Part shown: positions 1 to 17,342 of the stretch, piece by piece | Layout of the letters: every line of letters begins with the position of its first letter | Position numbering within the stretch: position 1 is the first letter of the stretch | The notes under the pieces: model-generated | Told to the model about the DNA's origin: nothing | Seen by the model: only the letters and a program-made list of their open reading frames with translations | Databases searched by the model: none | Program-made: the position numbers and the translations under genes | Source of the DNA: the human T2T-CHM13v2.0 reference genome, Homo sapiens | Assembly: GCF_009914755.1 (NCBI RefSeq) | Contig: NC_060944.1 | Reading direction: 5' to 3' (one strand) | DNA length: 64,000 bases

Positions 1-959
<959 letters not shown>

Positions 960-2794
960 TTAAATGCAATAATTAGCATTAAAACCTTGCAAACACTATA
1001 ATAGTCACTATGTAACTCCATGCATTCACTGGTATGGAGTTTTGGAAAATTCCAGTGTTGTTCTTAGTTCAAACATACATGGAAATACAAAAAAAACTGT
1101 TGACATAAAGTCTGTAGAGCACAGTTCTTCTTTTGAAATTTCTCGGCAAAGCATTTCAGCAATATAATTATCAGGCACAATTAAACAGAAACTCCACAAC
1201 AATGTAGTACATCTTCAAGAGAAGGCTTGTGAAGGTTAGTTTATACTCATCTTTCATCATTGAGGTACATCTTCATGCCTCAAGGAGAAATGGTGTCAAA
1301 CATAACCTGTGTTTGTCCTAGACATGTTAATTTAGCCAGAAGAGGTCAATCAAAGGCTAAAAGATGTCCAAAAAGATTTCTCCTATATGTTGGCCAAGGA
1401 TGCATGACAAAGATAGAGATAAGATAGAGAAAGCAACAGCATGCTTAGTCTAATCCTAGATAGTCTGTGCTTAAGCAAAACCAAACAAGTTTTAATTGTT
1501 AACACACAGAGCCAGGTAATGCTTCATATCACCATGTGAACAGATTATTAACAGTGGGGTTGTCATCAGCAGCATCATTGTTGTGTCTGAGCCATGTATG
1601 TGAAGCCTGTGTGTGACTCAGAGTGATATCATCAGTGTGGGCCAGGGGGTACTGGCAAGGACAAAGGCTGAGTCCAGTAGGGGATCTGCCAAAGAAAGTT
1701 GGCTTTTGAGTCAACATGAATCTCTTCAGGATCTGAACTGGGAAAAGCCCGGAGTGTCTCCATGGCCAAAGCCAAACAAATCAATTTTTGAAGGCCCTGA
1801 GGTCTTTATTAAATAAGGGAACTTGGTATACAAATTTTGAAAGGGGGGAAAAAAGCAATGAAATAAAATAGTACTCCACCTTTCAACATATTTTCAGAAG
1901 TACATTGTTCAGTGAAGCAGTTTCTGGGCTTCTCCACTAGGTATGGTTTCAGAGTGTGATTTTTAAAATCTGGCATGTCTTTGTCTATTACTCTCTTTGT
2001 GGGCTGTTGAACTGAATAGAGGCAGACATTACTCAGAATGAGGATGGAGACTGTCTGTTTTCGAGTAACAAAACTTTATTTTAAATGTCTACTTTGCCCC
2101 CAATTTTTTTTTGTAATGATGCAGTAAAAAATTATAGGATGCTTATCAGCAGACTATAATGTATTACAGATCCAAAGAGAGATTCAGATCCCTCAAACAC
2201 CTCTTAAAAAGATGGGCCAGAAGGTGCCTTACAAAAGAATGGGATGTAAACCATGAACTTACTTTTCAGATGCCCAAAACTGCCATGAAAAGTTCATTTC
2301 TTTCAAAATTAGTGCTTTTAAATGACTCAAAATCATTATTATTTCATTCAAAAAATCACATACTTAAAAAGCACTGTATTTTCACACTTATTTTCAGTTT
2401 ATTGTATACAGACAAGAGCTCATGACTGGCCAATTTATCATTAATATCTTTATTTTTCATAGTACATATTTTTACAGAATGACATTCCTGCATTTAGCCA
2501 GAACAAAACAATTCAGTTAATTTTGAATATTACTCATGCTTACATGGAAAAGGATGAAAATATTCTACTGGAAAACAAGAGACAATTCATCTTACTTGCA
2601 CCTGGAATCTTCTGTGAATCACAGAAAAATATTAACTTGACTCATATATAAGGATTTCCTCTCTATTAAATAAAACATGACTTATCTCTATACCTTTTCA
2701 GTCTTGTTAGAGAGTAAGAGAGTTTATTTTTTCCCAATGTCTTCCCTAAATGAAGTTTTAAAAATGTATTCTAATGTCCAGCATGACGTAATAT

Positions 2795-2960
2795 TAAGTA
2801 TTGAGTCATAAATCAAGACACCAGCGTTAGAGTTTCAACTTGGCCATGGATTTGTTTGTGGTTTTAGGTCTAATCACGTAATTTTTATAGGCATCAGTGT
2901 TTTCACCTTGAAGAATCTGCAGAGGACTGAATACGAATGTGTCTTAGGCTCCTCTTGGCA
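2795..2960 (+). mobile_element. degenerate MIR-like SINE
   Basis: Weak resemblance to the MIR core (catcagtgttttcaccttgaagaat...gtcttaggctcctc). Confidence 0.35.
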
Positions 2961-4801
2961 TGAGCACCAGGTCAAAGCCTTTGGTGACACTTAGTATGAT
3001 TTTTACCTTGGCCATCAGGAGTTTGTCCTGGACCTACCTCAGAAAGGTATTATGTAAGGAATATTGCATTCTTCTTCCTCAGAGTCAAACTGTTTTCAAA
3101 TTCACTTGTAGCTGGGAATGAAGAGCTCACCCCATAAGGGCATATGTTTTCTATTTGGAAAACAGATCTGTGGAGGCCATTCTAATCAGTCTCATGTACC
3201 TTCCTTTGAACTTGAAGGCTCTGTAAACAAAACAATACCTCCAAACTATTCCAAACACCAGCATGAGCTGCCATCCTTGATAAGTTAGTGTGTGAATCTC
3301 CCTTTCCTTTTTGCTTTTATTGGAAGTGACATAGAGTATTTCTGCATTAAATTAAATCTGGCCCACATAGAGCTCTTTTACATGGAAAATGCGAGAACAT
3401 GGGTTGTTGGCAGAAGTAAGGTAAATATAGAACCTCTGATGGCGTTTGGGTGCTATGAAGCTTATTCATCGCCACAGACCAGCAATGACAACATTGTTCA
3501 CAAGTGGTAAGGTTGCAATAAAGTAGTGCAAGTCTTCCAAAAGATGTGGTATTAAAATTCATGCTAATTACTCTCCTGTCATTTTTCTACATGCCCACAT
3601 ATCTATCTAATTGTGCTAACTTTGATGGACTATTTCACTTCTTTTCATACCTCTTTTGGTTACTATTGAAAGAACTGGCTTATGAGTCTGGGTGGAGAAA
3701 GAGATGATGACAATCTTGAGTTTGAAATGTATTCTGGAGTCAAAAAAAGGGATTTGAATGAATTCTGAGCTCAGCTGAGTATAGTCAGTAGTTTAAGTGA
3801 AACTGTACTAACATAAATCTTGTGAATTAGCAGAACATGAAGACAAGTTAGCATTTTGTGGGGCTGCAGACTTATTGCCTCTGGCAGTGAAAATATGACT
3901 AGTTGCATTTTGTTCAGAACTTAGTAAACTATATAATGACATTACAAGTTGAAAAATAACTTGATTTTGAATTTACAGTTTTGAATCCATATGAGCTGTC
4001 TTCAAAACTGCTTACCTTACATTTCCCTCACACTGACATGTGATATTAATCCAATAAGGAATTAATGGGGAACTACTAAGTGCTAGGCACTTTGCTAGAG
4101 GTTGGGGATATACATATAGCTCAAAATCGACTGGAATTCTAGGCACTCTAGAGTTGAGACATTACTTATTATAATAATTGTAATTTGACTTCTGAGGTTC
4201 TTCGTGGGGGACATTCTAATGACTTCACTATGACATTCATGGAGAGAACTCTGAGGTCTTGGCATACATAGGTCCATCTCACACTTCGAGAATTTGGTGA
4301 AGTTCCCTGAAATGATCTAGGAACCCAGTATTGACATTTGCTATTCAGTCTAGCATTCAGTTCTTTTCATGAGGCTTAAGGGTCATGGTTTCAAAGTCTT
4401 TTCACCTATGAGTAAGAAAGAGTCGATTTGGAGAAAACAGAGCAAGCAAATTTTCCTGCTTATGATCATGCAGATGTTTCTGGAACATAAAGGGGAAGAG
4501 CCAGGTGGAATCACTCAAAATTTGCAGTTCATAGAAGGGTTTTTCTTCTGTTTGTGAGTGATGAGGAGATGAAGCTGAGTTTTATGGAAAACTGGGAAAA
4601 ATTCTTATAAACCAAATAATTCATTTACAAACACATTTTCTATTATTTCTTGTGCTGGTTTTAGTAAATGTATACCTCTGGATATACATTCATTTTATCT
4701 CAATTGTAATATATTGACACAAAGTTGATTATATACTCTTTCTTTTTTAATGTCAGTAGGATCTTTAGTGGTGTCCTCCTTGTCATTACAGAAATTATCT
4801 G

Positions 4802-4804
<3 letters not shown>

Positions 4805-4832
<28 letters not shown>
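4805..4832. repeat. (TC)14 microsatellite
   Basis: Read directly from the sequence. Confidence 0.95.
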
Positions 4833-4836
<4 letters not shown>

Positions 4837-4860
4837 GTCTTGCCAGGGGGTTATTCTATT

Positions 4861-5087
4861 ATTATTATTATTTTTTTTTGAGATAGAGTCTTGTTCTGTT
4901 GCCCAGGCTGGTGTGCAGTGGTGCAATCTCGGCTCACTGCAACCTCTGACTCTGGGGTTCAAGTGATTCTCCTGCCTCAGGCTTCCAAAAAGCTTGGATT
5001 ACAGGCGCCCACCACCACACCCAACTAATTTTTGTATTTTTAGTAGAGATGGGGTTTCACCATGTTGGCCAGGCTGGTCATGACCTC
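4861..5087 (-). mobile_element. 5'-truncated Alu
   Basis: T/TAT tail followed by gagatagagtcttgttctgttgcccaggctgg...; ends inside the left monomer. Confidence 0.92.
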
Positions 5088-5784
5088 TATTGCTCTTTTT
5101 GAAGAGCTGCGATTTGACTTTATAGTTCCATTTATTTTATTAAATTTTGTTTTTATATTTATTATTTTCATTTTTCTATTTTCTTTGGATTCACTGTGCT
5201 GTTCTTTTTCTAATTTCTTGATATAGACCTTAGATTACTGACTTTCAGCCATTCTTTTCTAATGTGTGGATTTATGACTATAAATTTCCCTTTGAGCGAG
5301 ATTTTAGTGAAGCTCCGTAAGTCTGATAAGTAGTATTTTCATTATAATTCAGTTTAAAATGTTATTTAATTTTCATTGTTTCTTCTTTGAACAATGGGCT
5401 GCTTAGAGATGTACTGCTTAATTTTAAAATAGATTTTCTAGGTTCTTTTTTGTTGCGACTTCTACTGTGGTTACAGTATAACATTTGTATTATTTCAATT
5501 CCTTGAAATTTGGTAAGATTTTCAACATAACCCAACATATGTTCATTCTGGAAATGTTCTGTAAAAATTTTTTAAAGATGTGATTTCTGTGGTTTAATAC
5601 AATGAAGTTAGGCTTGCTCATAATTTTGTGTATGTCTGCTCTCTACTTTCTCATTTTTTGGTCTGCTTGCTAACTAAGTTTTCATCATGAACTTTTGCCA
5701 TTTGTACCAAATTCTACCTACATCTATTGAAATGCTGTATTATTTTATTCTTTATTTTATTAATGTGTTAAAGTATATAAATTA

Positions 5785-5931
5785 ATTATTTTATTTTATT
5801 TTATTTATTTTAAAGCCTGTAGCCCAGTCTGGAGTGCAGTGGTGCAATCATGGTTCATTGCAGCCTCAATCTCCTGGGTTCAAGCCATCCTCCCACCTTG
5901 GCCTTCCAAAGTGCTGGGATTATGGGTGTAA
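5785..5931 (-). mobile_element. FLAM/AluJ-type monomer
   Basis: (TTTTA)n tail, then ggagtgcagtggtgcaatcatgg...ccttccaaagtgctgggatta as a single arm. Confidence 0.8.
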
Positions 5932-7249
5932 CATATGTGTCCTATATGTTGATTTCTCAAATGTTAAATGAAACTTTTCATTGTTATTCATGATGAGTTG
6001 TCTGTTTTTATGTATCTCTGGATTTGTTTGCTAGTAACTTCTGCCTCTTGGTTTTGTGGTTTGATGACTTTTATCATTTTGCAAAATCCCTAGATATCAG
6101 ACTATCTTTCAAATATTTTTTCCTGTCACATTCTCTCTTTTCCTTTTGGAGTTTTAATTAAGGTATGTTAGAACCTTTCAGTATCTCCAATATGATTTTT
6201 ATATTATTTTCTGTACTTTACATAATTTTTTTAAAATTTCAATACATATATTTCTTCCTGATCTGTTTTTCATTTCATCAATTTTCTCTTCAGCTTTTTA
6301 TAATGTTATTAAAGTCATTCACTGAGATATTAATATCTGTTACTGTATTTTTAGCTTGATAATGTTCATTTAATTTTTAAAAATAAGTTTCTATTTTATT
6401 CCAAAATTCTTCTTCTCATCTCTGTTTAAAATTTCTTGCGCATATTACTCAGCATTATTTTTATGCTTGAGATCTTCATATTCAGGATATCCTGTGTATC
6501 TGTTTTTATTATATTTCCTCTTGTTTTTTGGTCATTTGTTTTGGCCATCTTATTTTTAGTATTCTATTTATTTTTTGTGGAATGCTAGACAATTGTGTTT
6601 GATAATTTCTGGAGACATTTTGAAGCCTCAGTTGATGTTTATCTTTCTTCAGAGAGGATTTATCATTGTTTTCGGTAGGCAGCTAAACTAGTTACTAACA
6701 ATCCCATATCATCTTAATTAAATTGGGGGTTGAAGTGATTTGAATCTGGGTCCAGTCTCTCTGAGGTCTGGGCTACTTCCAATTCAACTTTTTTTCTTAG
6801 GTGTGGTCTTAAAGGTACCAACCAAAAGACTAGGGTGTTTACCAAAGATCCTCCTTCACATACAACATACTCTAATTTTTGTCCTTCTAGCAGTATGAAT
6901 CTAGCAAAATCTGTAATCCGCTTCTCATACTCTTGGTTTCCACATTCAAAATGGGCAAAAGCCCTGGAAGAAAAGTGGAAACCAAATGCCGGGATCATTT
7001 TTTTTTTAAATTTCCTTTTTAAAAAATTATTATTCTACAAATCCTCACTGCCTTGATGGCACTCCAATGTCTTTAAATAGATTTAAAATTATTTTCGGCA
7101 GCTCTTCTTGTTGTTTTCAAGGGGGTAGGAAAAGGCCAGGACTACTTAATCCACCTTTTTTCCTGGAGCTAAACCCAAAACTAAAAATTTGATTCAATGT
7201 AATTTTTTACCCATGGTCTTCTCTATTTTAGAAAATGTCTTCAATTTCT

Positions 7250-7850
7250 CAAGTCTAAAATATAGGAATCATCCTTGATTTGTCACTTTCTCATACATCT
7301 CACATCCAACTCATATCTATGTCCTGTGAGTTCTACTTCCAAAATGTTTTTTGAAAATTTCTGTCCTCATTGCTACCACCAACTCTGAGCCACCTTTCTT
7401 TCTCTTCTGTTTCATAGAAATAACCTTCACACTGATGTTGTTACCGCCATTCATTCTTCAAAGCAAGAGCTATCTTCTAGTAAACAAACTCCTTCTTTTT
7501 AATGTAAATAACTTTATGGTGGGTTGAATTTAGATAAAATACACCTCTTGGCATGGCTGCCAATGCCCTACTTATAGTCCAACCTCATCTCGAAAACATT
7601 TGCTCCTTTTAAGCTACATGTCAGCTACAATGGCCTTTTCTGTTTTCTTAAACACAATTTCTTTATAAATATTTTTTCTTTACAATTTATTAAATATACA
7701 AAATTATTCCTCCCCTTTCCCCACCCATAAGCTATCACAGGGTCTGTATACAAGCTATACCACTTTTCATTCTTTTCTGTGAGTTGAGTCCTTTAAATCT
7801 TTCAGGTATTCACTTAAATACCACAATAGTGAGGTCTCCCACAATGTGAG
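7250..7850 (+). mobile_element. L2 fragment
   Basis: ggaatcatccttgat...cacatccaactc...gtcctgtgagttctacttccaaaat resembles the L2 consensus. Confidence 0.6.
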
Positions 7851-8049
7851 ATACCGATATTATACCCTAGAATTGTAAAAGAAAGGCAAATAAAAGTGAA
7901 GAAGTGAGTAGTTATGGAATGCTTTCTGGGGACATGAATTGGGACAAAACTGCACAAGCACAGGGCTGATGCCAGGCTTTGGGAGGGGACGGACCAGCAC
8001 TAAGCACGGTGGAAAACATGCTTGGGAGGTAGAATCCATTCATATTATG

Positions 8050-8440
8050 AAGAAACTTGGGAGGCAGGCGAAAGAGTTTAAAATTGCTATAGAGTCAAAG
8101 TAAAAAGGGAAAAGAGGAAGGATGAGATGAGGAAAGCAGGGGTTAAAGAAAATTAAGCTGACAGTAGTGTGTGGGGTAGTCTAGAGGGCAGGAGGAATGC
8201 TGAGATCAGTGAGGTCAGCCGGGAGGCTGCTCTGTAATCCAGGTGTGAGGTGATGAAGCACTAGATGGGGGTTGGTGGGCGGGTGACGGGGAGCAGTCAG
8301 GATGGAGAGGGGATGGATTTCAAAGGGCAGTTTGGCAGAACTTGATGACTGACGGGGTATAAGAGATCAAGAGGACAAATATGTCAAAGATGGATCCAAG
8401 ATTTTGTGCCTGGGAGACTGGGAGGTGGAAAAATGAGAAG
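8050..8440 (-). mobile_element. L2 fragment
   Basis: gggaggctgct..gtaatccaggtgtgaggtgatga and gtcaaagatggatccaagattttg resemble antisense L2. Confidence 0.55.
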
Positions 8441-9799
8441 GAGAGAGAATGAATTTGTTGTATTTACATGTTGATTTTGAGGTAACAACAAATTATACAA
8501 CAGCAGAATGCCCCTGGAAGAAGTGGAAAATGAGGAAGTTTTGTCTTCAAAGAAGAGGATAAACTTAGAAGTGTGGTGATAGACACCAGGGTCCCAGAAG
8601 CTAAGAGATGTCTTTTGGAGTATGCCACTTTCCCTCAAAGAGTCAGCAGCCAGACAGAATGAAACCACAATGTCTGGCCTTAGAATGTGGACCCAGCAAT
8701 CTCACGGTGCTCATCTGTTTCTTGACTTCCTTTTTCTGTGAGAAGATAGCAAGGACTTTGCTGACCATGAGAGAGATAAGCGGAGGTCATTGTTTGGAAT
8801 CCTTTTGCTATGATTTTCTAACATATTGGGCTTATAAAACCCTAAGTGTGTTTTTGCCCCAAGTACTTTTCTTATTTTTTAAACCCATATGTATTTTGAA
8901 GTCAATTTAATCCATATGTTTCTGATTAATTTATGCTTAGCTCATCAAAATGTTGTTTTAAGAAGAAGGCTTATTAAAAAAACAGAGTCATGCTTCACCA
9001 GCCACTGATGAAATCAACTCCAGAAGACTGTGCCTTAGTCACAAAATCAGATGGGCTAAGGGTACAAGGGGACAATGGGTTCCAAAGTTGGGAAACTCAC
9101 TGTTGTGATCTTAGGAAGACTATGTTCAAATACTTGGGCAGGTGGGGAGGGGGAGCTTAGATTTTGGAGTCTGGAGTGTATTTAGTTTTCATTTCTGGAT
9201 GTATTTATTTGTTCCTTGTATTAACTATGATCCCTATACTTAGTTGTTCAGAAAGCTTCCAGGTTGTTCATAAAACTATTAATAAGTAGGAGGAAGCTGG
9301 GATATGGTATAAAATGAGGAGTCTATTTCTATATGTGATTGTGTTTTTGTCAGTTGAAAGGCATCTCTGTAGAATGGTTCATGGGAATTTTAAGAGACAA
9401 TGTATATATTTTACCTACTTGGGCCATAAAGATGGAATTATGGTGTATGGATCATAAAGATAGAATTATGATGTATGTCTCTGTCACTATATTGAGAATT
9501 GGAAACAAAATGGTTTTCAAAATAATTCATTGTTTGAGATAACCTGTATCTTAGAAAAATCCTAAAAGGTAATAAATATGGGGGCTTTATTCCAGAGTTG
9601 AAATTTAGATAACTTTTTTTTCTTAATATCAGAACAGTTTCATGGAAGTCTTAAACAAGTTTCAATAAAATTAAATTTTGTCTACTTTATTTGAATGTTC
9701 CTTCAACATCACTCACTAATAGATTAAAATCAGCAACCCTACCTCTCTGATCTATAGATATAATTTTGTCTGCTTTCTCCCTCAATGTTGGTTTCAGCC

Positions 9800-11255
<1,456 letters not shown>

Positions 11256-11429
11256 AAAAGCTTTTTTCATATCTCTATACTTCCACATACATTATTTCCT
11301 CCATCTTGAATCCCTTTCTTGTCCTATTTGATCAGTGAATCTCTAGTTTTGCTGTGATAATTTATATCTCACAGAACTAATTTCTACAATATAATACTCT
11401 GAGAAATGCCAGTCTAGCCCAACTCTCTC

Positions 11430-11520
11430 CTTTGACACAACAGAAAACTGAAGGCAAGAGAAATAGGTATTTATTGAAGGTGAGACAGCTGGTTATAATG
11501 GAGAACCAGAATGCAAGTAC
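11430..11520 (-). mobile_element. MIR fragment
   Basis: gaaaactgaaggcaagagaaatagg...aaggtgagacagctgg. Confidence 0.45.
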
Positions 11521-12746
11521 ATTCCCTAATATGTCATAATTTTTTAAATAATTATAATTTAAACAATCTAACCAATTTACACTTGGTTTTATTTGTAAAA
11601 AAAAAGACTTGTCATTTTTGTGACAGCAAATTCATCTTCGATTACTTTTTACTAACAAGGACATATTTTGTTAGTCCACTTTTGATTCATCCAATAACAA
11701 AAGGAAACTTGATAATCAGGAATGAGTATTCGTATGCCATTGATAATGGGAGAATGAGAACATTAACAAAAGGATGAAGTGAGTTGCACGGTCTGAGTAC
11801 ATTTTTCCACAGTAATAAAATGATCAGTGCTGCACATCATCAGAATTTGGTCTTTCCTTGGGAATTTGGTGTTTATTTTAACCAACACTTAAAAAAAATA
11901 TGTTGCTCCTCCCTAAAGATGTAAAATTTCACCATTTATTAAGTCCTCTTGGCTGAGTTGAGAATTGTAGCATCCACATTCTCACATGTAAAATATTTCC
12001 TAATCACAGCAAACGTTTGACATCTGCTCTGGATAACTGGCCCAAAACCAAGAAATGGAAGCATTCTTAGAGGATATTTGTTGATCCCCAGCCAGTCTTC
12101 TTGACGCTGGAGAAGAGCTACAGTGAGAGGGACTACTTCCCCCATTGTCTTCTCCCCAGGTGTTTCTTCTTTGGTTACTTGATGACACCCCTCTACACAG
12201 AAAGCACACCTCTCTATGCTAATATTCAGGAACCGTGCCAGAGTTCAAGTTGTGTTTTCAGTTCTGTCTACCCTTTCCACACCCATTGGAAAGCCAAGAA
12301 CAGATTTGTGTGACTTCCAATTACTTCTTGGCTATCCTAGTCTTACTTTCACCACATGGAAATTCTTCACCCATTATAATCAAACTTAACTCCAACACTT
12401 AATAAACACTCAAGTGGTGATTTACAAAGATTCTGCTAATACTCATTTTCTCGTTCTGTTCTTATTTATTGGAATTATTTTCTATTGTAGTCTCCACTTC
12501 ATAGTCTCATTCTGTTGTGTTTTTGGCTAACCTATCAGAGTAAATGAGAAGAGACTCTTGTCTGTCTCTGGAGTGAAGGGAAATGGAGTTGTCCCAAAGA
12601 TTATTCATATTGGAAATGATTTTCATTTTGCTTTCATTATGATCCAATTTTTTCAATTTATTGGAAGCTAAAGTTCAGCTAGTGATAAATCTCTTAGCTT
12701 GTGGGTCATTTTCATTACTATCACCTGGTTTCCAGGCATAACTTTA

Positions 12747-13367
<621 letters not shown>

Positions 13368-13392
13368 TCAGGCATGGTTGGATCTAGACTGA

Positions 13393-13837
<445 letters not shown>

Positions 13838-15373
13838 TGACTTCCAGCATACCTCCACGCATACATCTCATCCCTTCAGTAATCTTAGTAGAAGAAAGAG
13901 TGCTTCTTAGAGGTTTTTGCAGCAAGAGTAGTGAAACTAACTGATTAAACTGACTTGAGTCACATGTTTTCCCTGAACCAATAATAATAGCTATGTGTGG
14001 AAGATGCTAACTGGTCAGACATAGGTCATCTGCCAACTTCAAGACTCTTGGAATAAGAATAGGGTTGAGATAGGATTACCAGAATCCTGTTACCATAAGA
14101 AAGGAGAAAATACATTGGCAGAAGAAGGTAACTCATGCCCGTTAAAGTCTTATAACTGACTCTACTGAGACATAGGCCCAAATAAAAAAAATGAACAAAT
14201 CCTGTGTGAAGAAAAGCAGCAATAAAAATATCTTTGGGGAAAGACTCAAAGTCTGTTTATGTGACTGTTGTCATTGAACACAAACCTGATAGCTTAACAA
14301 TGAGACCATGGCAGCCCCAGAAACCCTTGATAGGGCCTACTTACCAGAAGCTAATCATTGTTTGAAACTGAGATGACTGTGTTCACAGGTGGTTTATTGT
14401 AGAGTTGAGTCATGTCTGTGCACAGAGATAGAGTTTGGCATCACCTGTGATGACCAAGCATAATAATGACCTATTATCTGTTTTGAAATAAAACCACCTT
14501 TATTTCCTTTACTTATTTTTAGTTGTGCAAAAGTCATACCTGGGGATTTCCAAGGGGATATGGTGAGAGCCAAGTGACTATTATTGTGTTTCCTGAGACA
14601 ATGTGGAAGTAAGACCCATTTGCCTGCCTTTGCCCATCAGGAAATTGCATCCTTCTTCCACCTGATAAGGGAAGAAAAAGTTGGGGGGTGGTGAGCACAC
14701 CTTCTAGTAGCGAGATACCTTGGGAGAGATTGAGACTAATCACAGATTGTGTTTTGCCTCCTTTCATCCTCTAGACTTTGTGTAAGTGCATAATTTGGAT
14801 AAAATGAACTGAAAGTAAATCAGTGGTAGGTTCCATAAGGGCATTATCCAGCCTGAGTGTGGAAATATGTTTGGAAGTCATGCTGGTTGGATCTACAGTG
14901 GCTATGCAGCTCTGCATTGAAGTATGGAACTGATGGCCCGTCTGTGGGTCTTGAGAATTTCAGCCACACTTGGAAAGGCAGCCTTTCCTCTACTGCTTTG
15001 TTCTTTTCCAGACCCCTTGCTCCTGGAGCTTTGGGCTGTTTTTTTTGTTTGTTTGTTTTGTTTTTTGTTTTTTCCCATCTCTGTTCCCAAAACGGCAGCT
15101 GGAAGGTGTTTCACTTTTTGAAAAACAACTATGTAGGACATGAGTAAATTCATTTTTGGTCACGATATTAAAGTCTACTATGGAAGAATGGTCCCTAAAT
15201 ACTCGCCAGGCTGTCAAGGGACCAGGAGAAGCATGAACCCACATGTGTTGACACAGAACCTGTCATTATCATGGGAAACTCTCATTGCAGGAAGGAACTC
15301 TCCCTATAGGCAGCACTTTACCAACAGAAGCTGCATAAAAGATGATGGTGCTGCTTCATTCACTGTCACTAGT

Positions 15374-15508
15374 GACACCCCTTGAACCTTCGAAGAGGTA
15401 GAACAAAACCAGGAATGGCTTGAGAATCGTGGAATTGTCCCCTAAATAATATCGAGGGCTTGGTTCAATAGATGAACACATGGAAATGAATCTCATGCTG
15501 TTGGCAGT
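15374..15508 (+). repeat. chimeric local duplication: 15374-15446 matches 17985-18060 and 15447-15508 matches 17281-17342
   Basis: Direct alignment shows 5 substitutions and one 3-bp indel over 135 bp. Confidence 0.95.
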
Positions 15509-15959
15509 ATCCTCAGATGGAATGAGGGACCTCTGGGCCTATTTCCTTAACATAATCTCCCCTGTTTCCTCCTCTTTCCTTTGGTTGGGTCCAGGCTTGT
15601 CCCTAACTGCTTCCTTTGTTCTATTTCTTCACTCCCATCTTTCCTCAGCCCTTTGTGTCTGGAACAAGCTCCCTTTTGCAGTCTGCCAAGCCAGCAGGCT
15701 CTTTGCTGACCTGTCCTCAGTATGTTAGCTTTGAAGACATTCGACTCAATCTTTTCACTAAGGTCAGGGGTTTGGAAGGAGGAGGGAGGTTTGTAACAAC
15801 CTTCAAATGAAGAAAAATAAAAATAATTCCTTCTGAAGCTTTGGAGATCCTCAGATCCTTACCTCCACACTATTTACTCTGTTCTTTCAGTGAGTAGTTT
15901 CTTCCCCCCACAAAAAAGCAAGGTTATCATTTTCTACATAACAAATAATGACAATACAT

Positions 15960-16110
15960 ATAGCAACAATAATAATTTCTATAACAGTTTCCAATTAATT
16001 TCACATCCTTATTTCCTTTAATTCTCAAATGATAATTCTGATTTTATAGTTAGGACAACAAATTCAGAAGTTACATGTTTTGCCAAAGACACACAGCTGG
16101 AAAATGGTCT
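15960..16110 (-). mobile_element. MIR fragment
   Basis: tcacatccttatttcctttaattctca...ttgccaaagacacacagctggaaaatgg. Confidence 0.55.
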
Positions 16111-16307
16111 TTCCACATATAACAAACGCTTCCTATTACTAGCAATAAGCGGGAGGATAAGTAATGAAAGGGTGATGTCTTGAAATAAAGAAAGAAAGCT
16201 GACAAGTTTGCATGAGTTAGAATCTAGAGAAAATATGTTTAAAAAGATTCTTATTTTTATCTTTTAACCGTGTATCAGAATGTGAGTCCCCAGAGTCGTG
16301 GCCCACC

Positions 16308-16622
<315 letters not shown>

Positions 16623-16798
16623 CTACCTGGATTCTGAGTGGAGATGATGACTCACATATGCCCTGCAGAACAGCACCCTCCTGCTATGCCATTCATCCTG
16701 CTTTCAGAAGCTCCTAGTTTTATTTAAGGTTCTCCCATCCATGTGCCAACTACCCAACTCATTCTGGCTTATTTAAAGTGAAAATATTGATTCCTAAT

Positions 16799-16808
16799 TG
16801 AGTCAGCA
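16799..16808 (+). promoter_or_regulatory. NRF2/MAF-type ARE core (TGAGTCAGCA) containing an AP-1 site
   Basis: Matches TGASTCAGCA; function untested. Confidence 0.35.
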
Positions 16809-17280
16809 GATAGCAAAAATTGCTTACGTATATACTTTCCACGTGGGGGATCAGGCCTGTCTTTCGGTGTTTGCTCATTTTGTCATTCAATTCTATGGCT
16901 GATAACTAAGGAATTTATTTCTGTTTTCTTTCTATATTGGTCTTCATTGCAGGAAATGGTATTCAATAACACTGTGAGGGCTTTCTTAACATGCAACTGG
17001 AACTTTGTTTTCTTTTCTTGTGCAGTGCACAAGTAATTTCTTCTTAACTTTAAAAAAGTAAACATTTAATTTCATTCCCCACCCTACTCCCAACTTTCCC
17101 TATCTAAACATACAGGGAGAAATGTGAGTCAGGATATGTAGAAGGAATATTTTACATGTGTTATTTGAAATTCACAGACTAGAGGAAAAGAATCACCAAA
17201 ACTTTGCAAAATTCTCTGTGTTTTCTCCCAGGTGTAAAGCATCGTGGGTTTGCCCCATAATTGGAGACAAGATTATCAAG

Positions 17281-17342
17281 TAATATTGAGGGCTTGGTTC
17301 AATAGATGAACACATGGAAATGAATCTCATGCTGTTGGCAGT
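17281..17342 (+). repeat. paralog of 15447-15508 (block A)
   Basis: 61/62 identity. Confidence 0.95.

Larger units (their letters stand above)
4740..6700 (-). mobile_element. old L1M-type fragments, interrupted by an Alu and a FLAM
   Basis: T-rich degenerate antisense L1 motifs (ccagtcttgccaggggttt-like, tataaatttccctttgag, gctttagagatgtactgcttaattt-like). Confidence 0.6.

Noticed and set aside
15374-15508. Retrocopy of a back-spliced circular RNA as the origin of the swapped duplication
   Set aside because: Block A is preceded by AG, but block B is followed by AAGATT rather than GT, and the minus strand also lacks GT-AG ends. There is no poly(A) or TSD, so a DNA-level mechanism is preferred.
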